DNA of 63,973 nucleotides, the filler included, from Folioceros fuciformis (lineage: Eukaryota): NCBI GenBank assembly GCA_049999805.1. It is 8 parts of 8 records of this genome, joined end to end, with 100 filler letters (N's around TTAATTAATTAA, not from the genome) between each part and the next. Parts side by side here need not be neighbours in the genome. Positions count along the whole stretch, not along the records: positions 61,072 to 62,862 come from JBNGIO010002859.1; positions 62,963 to 63,973 come from JBNGIO010002866.1; 6 more parts are not named here. One strand, 5' to 3'. A program made the translations under genes and the position numbers. This document shows, one piece after another, positions 61,072 through 63,973 of the stretch; within the stretch, counting starts at the first letter, position 1; each line of letters begins with the position of its first letter. The notes under the pieces were generated by a model. It had not been told where the DNA came from. It saw only the letters and a program-made list of their open reading frames with translations, and made no database searches.

Positions 61072-62862
61072 AGACGAGGCGCGTGAGAGGAAAGAAAAGG
61101 TATCTAATGCGTTGTGTACGTCGACCTTTTGTGGTCGCGTGAACAAGAGTTCGTTATGGCAGTTGGCCGTTTGCCACCTGCCCATAAAGTTAGGGCACCG
61201 TTTCATATCATGCTTATTAAACCCTAAATAACCATCAAGTGTTCAAGTATTTATAAGGGGATTAGGGTTCCCCTTTCTAACAAACCCAGATTATATATCG
61301 TAACACGCCCCCTTAAACGGAGCTTTCTGTTAGCAACGCAGAAAAGTTGGCAGACTTGGCGGGATCCTTCACACAATGGCTGGCAGGATGCGCGTTCATG
61401 ATCGCCGTTTTCCTCCTGATCCAGCGCATCAAAGAACAGCAAAGAAAATAGAGAAAAAACAGGTGCGCAACCTCGAACACCGGTATCTGAGGAGCAGAGG
61501 GTGCGACTTCACAACGGACCAGAAATGGCAGCTCGCAAGATGGGAGTGCCGGCTATGGATCGCTTTCTCAGCTGTGAAGGCTCCCGAACCACAATACCTG
61601 ATGACAGAAGAAGAGATGCAAACAGAACAGCTGAAGAAGGCTGCCGCTTGTCCCCTTCCTCCAGAGAAGTGACTGCTGTGACCTTTCAGCTGCAGTGTGC
61701 GATTAGGACTGAACTATTGAGCTTCATCCGCACCACCTGTAGCTGTTAGACCATAAATGCTAGGGAGAAGGACAGGACTCCACACCAAGAGCTTCCATAA
61801 ACTGATGATGTTTGCTAGCAGGCAGATACTTGGTCAACAAATCTGCCGGATTAAGATCTGTGGAGACATGCCGGAGCCTGACCACCTTCTCCTCCACTTG
61901 TTGGCGAATAAAGTGATGTTGCACTTCAATGTGCTTGGTACGTGCGTGAAAACGGGGATTAGCAGTCATATGAATTGTGGAGATGTTATCACAATGGAGA
62001 AGCGTCAGCTGCTGCTGTGGAAACCCAAGGCCCTGCAGGAAGGCACGCTCCCAAACAGCTTCCTTGGCAGCTTCAGTTAGGGCTATGTACTCTACCTCGG
62101 TAGAGGATAGAGACACAGAAGCTTGCTTCTTAGAGCTCCAATGGACAGCGGCATTAGAAAGGATGAAACAGTAGGCTGATATGCTTCGCCTGGCATCTGG
62201 ATTGGTGGCCCAATTGGCATCAGCAAATCCAAACACAGTAGGTGTGCTATCTCGCCCCGTGAAGCATAAGCCGTAAGTCATAGTGCCTTTCAGATACCGT
62301 AAGTTGCGCTTAACTACACTCCAGTGGGCCTGACCAGGATTGTCAAGAAATTGTGAAACCGAGCTGACAGCATATTGGATATCCGGACGAGTCCAGCAGC
62401 TGATGTAGTTTAAACATCCAACCGCATGACGATATGGATACTGGGACATGGCCTGACGCGCAGCATCATCAGTAGGGCAATCGTCAGCAGAAAGTTTAAG
62501 ACCAGGAACACTAAGAGTAGACACAGGATTGGAAGAAGCCAGATGGAATCGGTGGAGAGTCTCAACGATATACTTGCTTTGGTGAAGCATAAGAGTTCGC
62601 TCATCCAGCTTACGAACCAACTGAATGCCAAGCACAAAGGTGAGAGGGCCGATATCTTTCATGTCGAATTTCTTATGCAGCATACTCTTAACCCAAGCGA
62701 GTAACTCCGGATTGTTGGATGCCAGAATGGCATCATCAACATAAAGAGCCAAGATGACAAGATGGCCTCCCTTAGAGTACATATACACGTTGGCATCACC
62801 AGGGTTCTGCACAAAACCGATGGATTTGAGGTACTTATCGATGGTTTTGTACCATCCACGTG
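61072..62862 (-). mobile_element. Copia 3' half: RT/RNase H ORF (61760-62812), PPT and start of the 3' LTR at 61305
   Basis: ALYVDD, ADANWA, SSTEVEY, ARTKHIEVQHHFIR and ADLLTK motifs. AGGGGGCG|TGTTA PPT-LTR junction. Confidence 0.92.
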
Positions 62863-63313
62863 NNNNNNNNNNNNNNNNNNNNNNNNNNNNNNNNNNNNNN
62901 NNNNNNTTAATTAATTAANNNNNNNNNNNNNNNNNNNNNNNNNNNNNNNNNNNNNNNNNNNNCCGCAACCCCTGCCTCTAGCTCTAGCTAGGGCATGGTC
63001 TCCATGGCCATTCATGCCAGCCAAGCAATCAGCCAGCCTATCGTCAAACCTTGACCCCTGACACTGACATACCCAGATACCCGTTCCTATGTTCAAACCA
63101 TTATTTTATTTATTTTATATTATTATATTATTATTTAATCATTTAATATTATATACCTTTAATTCCATTAAACTAATCACCAGACCTAGACTCAAACTTT
63201 CCCAACCCTATGGCCTGGTGGGGCCCACCCGCTCTCTCTCTCTCTCCTCCTCTACCCATCGGGTTAGCCGGTTGGGCGACCATCATGGAAGGGCAACGGA
63301 AGTAGCTGAGTGT

Positions 63314-63973
63314 TATTGGTAGAATTATATATATCCAGCATTAATAAATAGTAAATCATATTTAGATGGGAACCGGTAGATTCCTAGCGACATACACAAG
63401 GGTCGGCGACCTTAAACTAATCGCCGTACCTTCACACTCACAGGACACAATCGTTCAGTCTTTTTTAAGGCCACACGGCCAAAGTAATGATTATCATTCT
63501 ACATCTTCTTGCTTGCTCTCGCTTCCACCTCGATCCTAATTTATATGGTATCAGAGCGGTAATGGAGGATGTGTCGCCACCGCGCAAGAGCAACATCTGC
63601 AAGAGTTTGAAGTGCATTAGAAATTTGAGCCTCGAAGAATTTCATGCAGCAATCTCTGCACTCCGAGTATCTCTTACCTGATTTGGCGCAATGGCCGACG
63701 CCTTTCTTGCAAGCGCCGTCAATCACTACTACGACTGACTGCGCGCGATGCCGAGAGCGCGAGGTAGAGCCACGCATTTGCCTGTAGACCCCTTTCTTGG
63801 CTGTCGCAGTGTGCCAGAGGACGTGCACGACCAGAATCTTCACCGGTTCTTTGCAACACATTGCAATTTCAACCCCCTGTACACGCACATAGATCACAGG
63901 CGTCAGCATAGGCGTCAGGATAGGCGTCGCACAACTCAATTCCGTCAGCGACACCTGAAACCAGATCCTCTTG
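63314..63973 (+). mobile_element. 5' end of another Copia element (LTR to 63545, PBS at 63546, extra ORF from 63748)
   Basis: TGGTATCAGAGC at 63546. The LTR 3' end shares ctcgcttccac with the 48362 LTR. LTR start uncertain. Confidence 0.7.

Overview
Eukaryotic, intron-containing land-plant nuclear DNA, most likely a hornwort or other bryophyte with flagellated sperm. This is inferred from a PLS-class PPR protein with a 'PGQSWW' box and an LRRCC1/VFL1-like basal-body gene. The window is eight contigs joined by artificial 100-bp spacers (N44-TTAATTAATTAA-N44), so adjacency across spacers is not evidence of linkage. Genes: a PLS-E+ PPR editing factor, a small basic multi-exon gene, a PR-10/Bet v 1 gene, an XS/XH (IDN2/FDM-like) gene, an intronless GRIP golgin, a fibrillin (FBN6-like), a putative secreted 8-Cys protein, an LRRCC1-like gene and a NAC transcription factor. 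Repeats: MULE and LINE remnants, a TSD-flanked solo LTR and several partly nested Ty1/Copia elements. The Copia elements are the most unusual feature. One full-length copy has TSD-confirmed non-canonical TA...TA termini. Several carry an extra ORF between the PBS and gag, apparently homologous in two copies. Two carry an antisense ORF between pol and the 3' LTR with a shared C-terminal motif.
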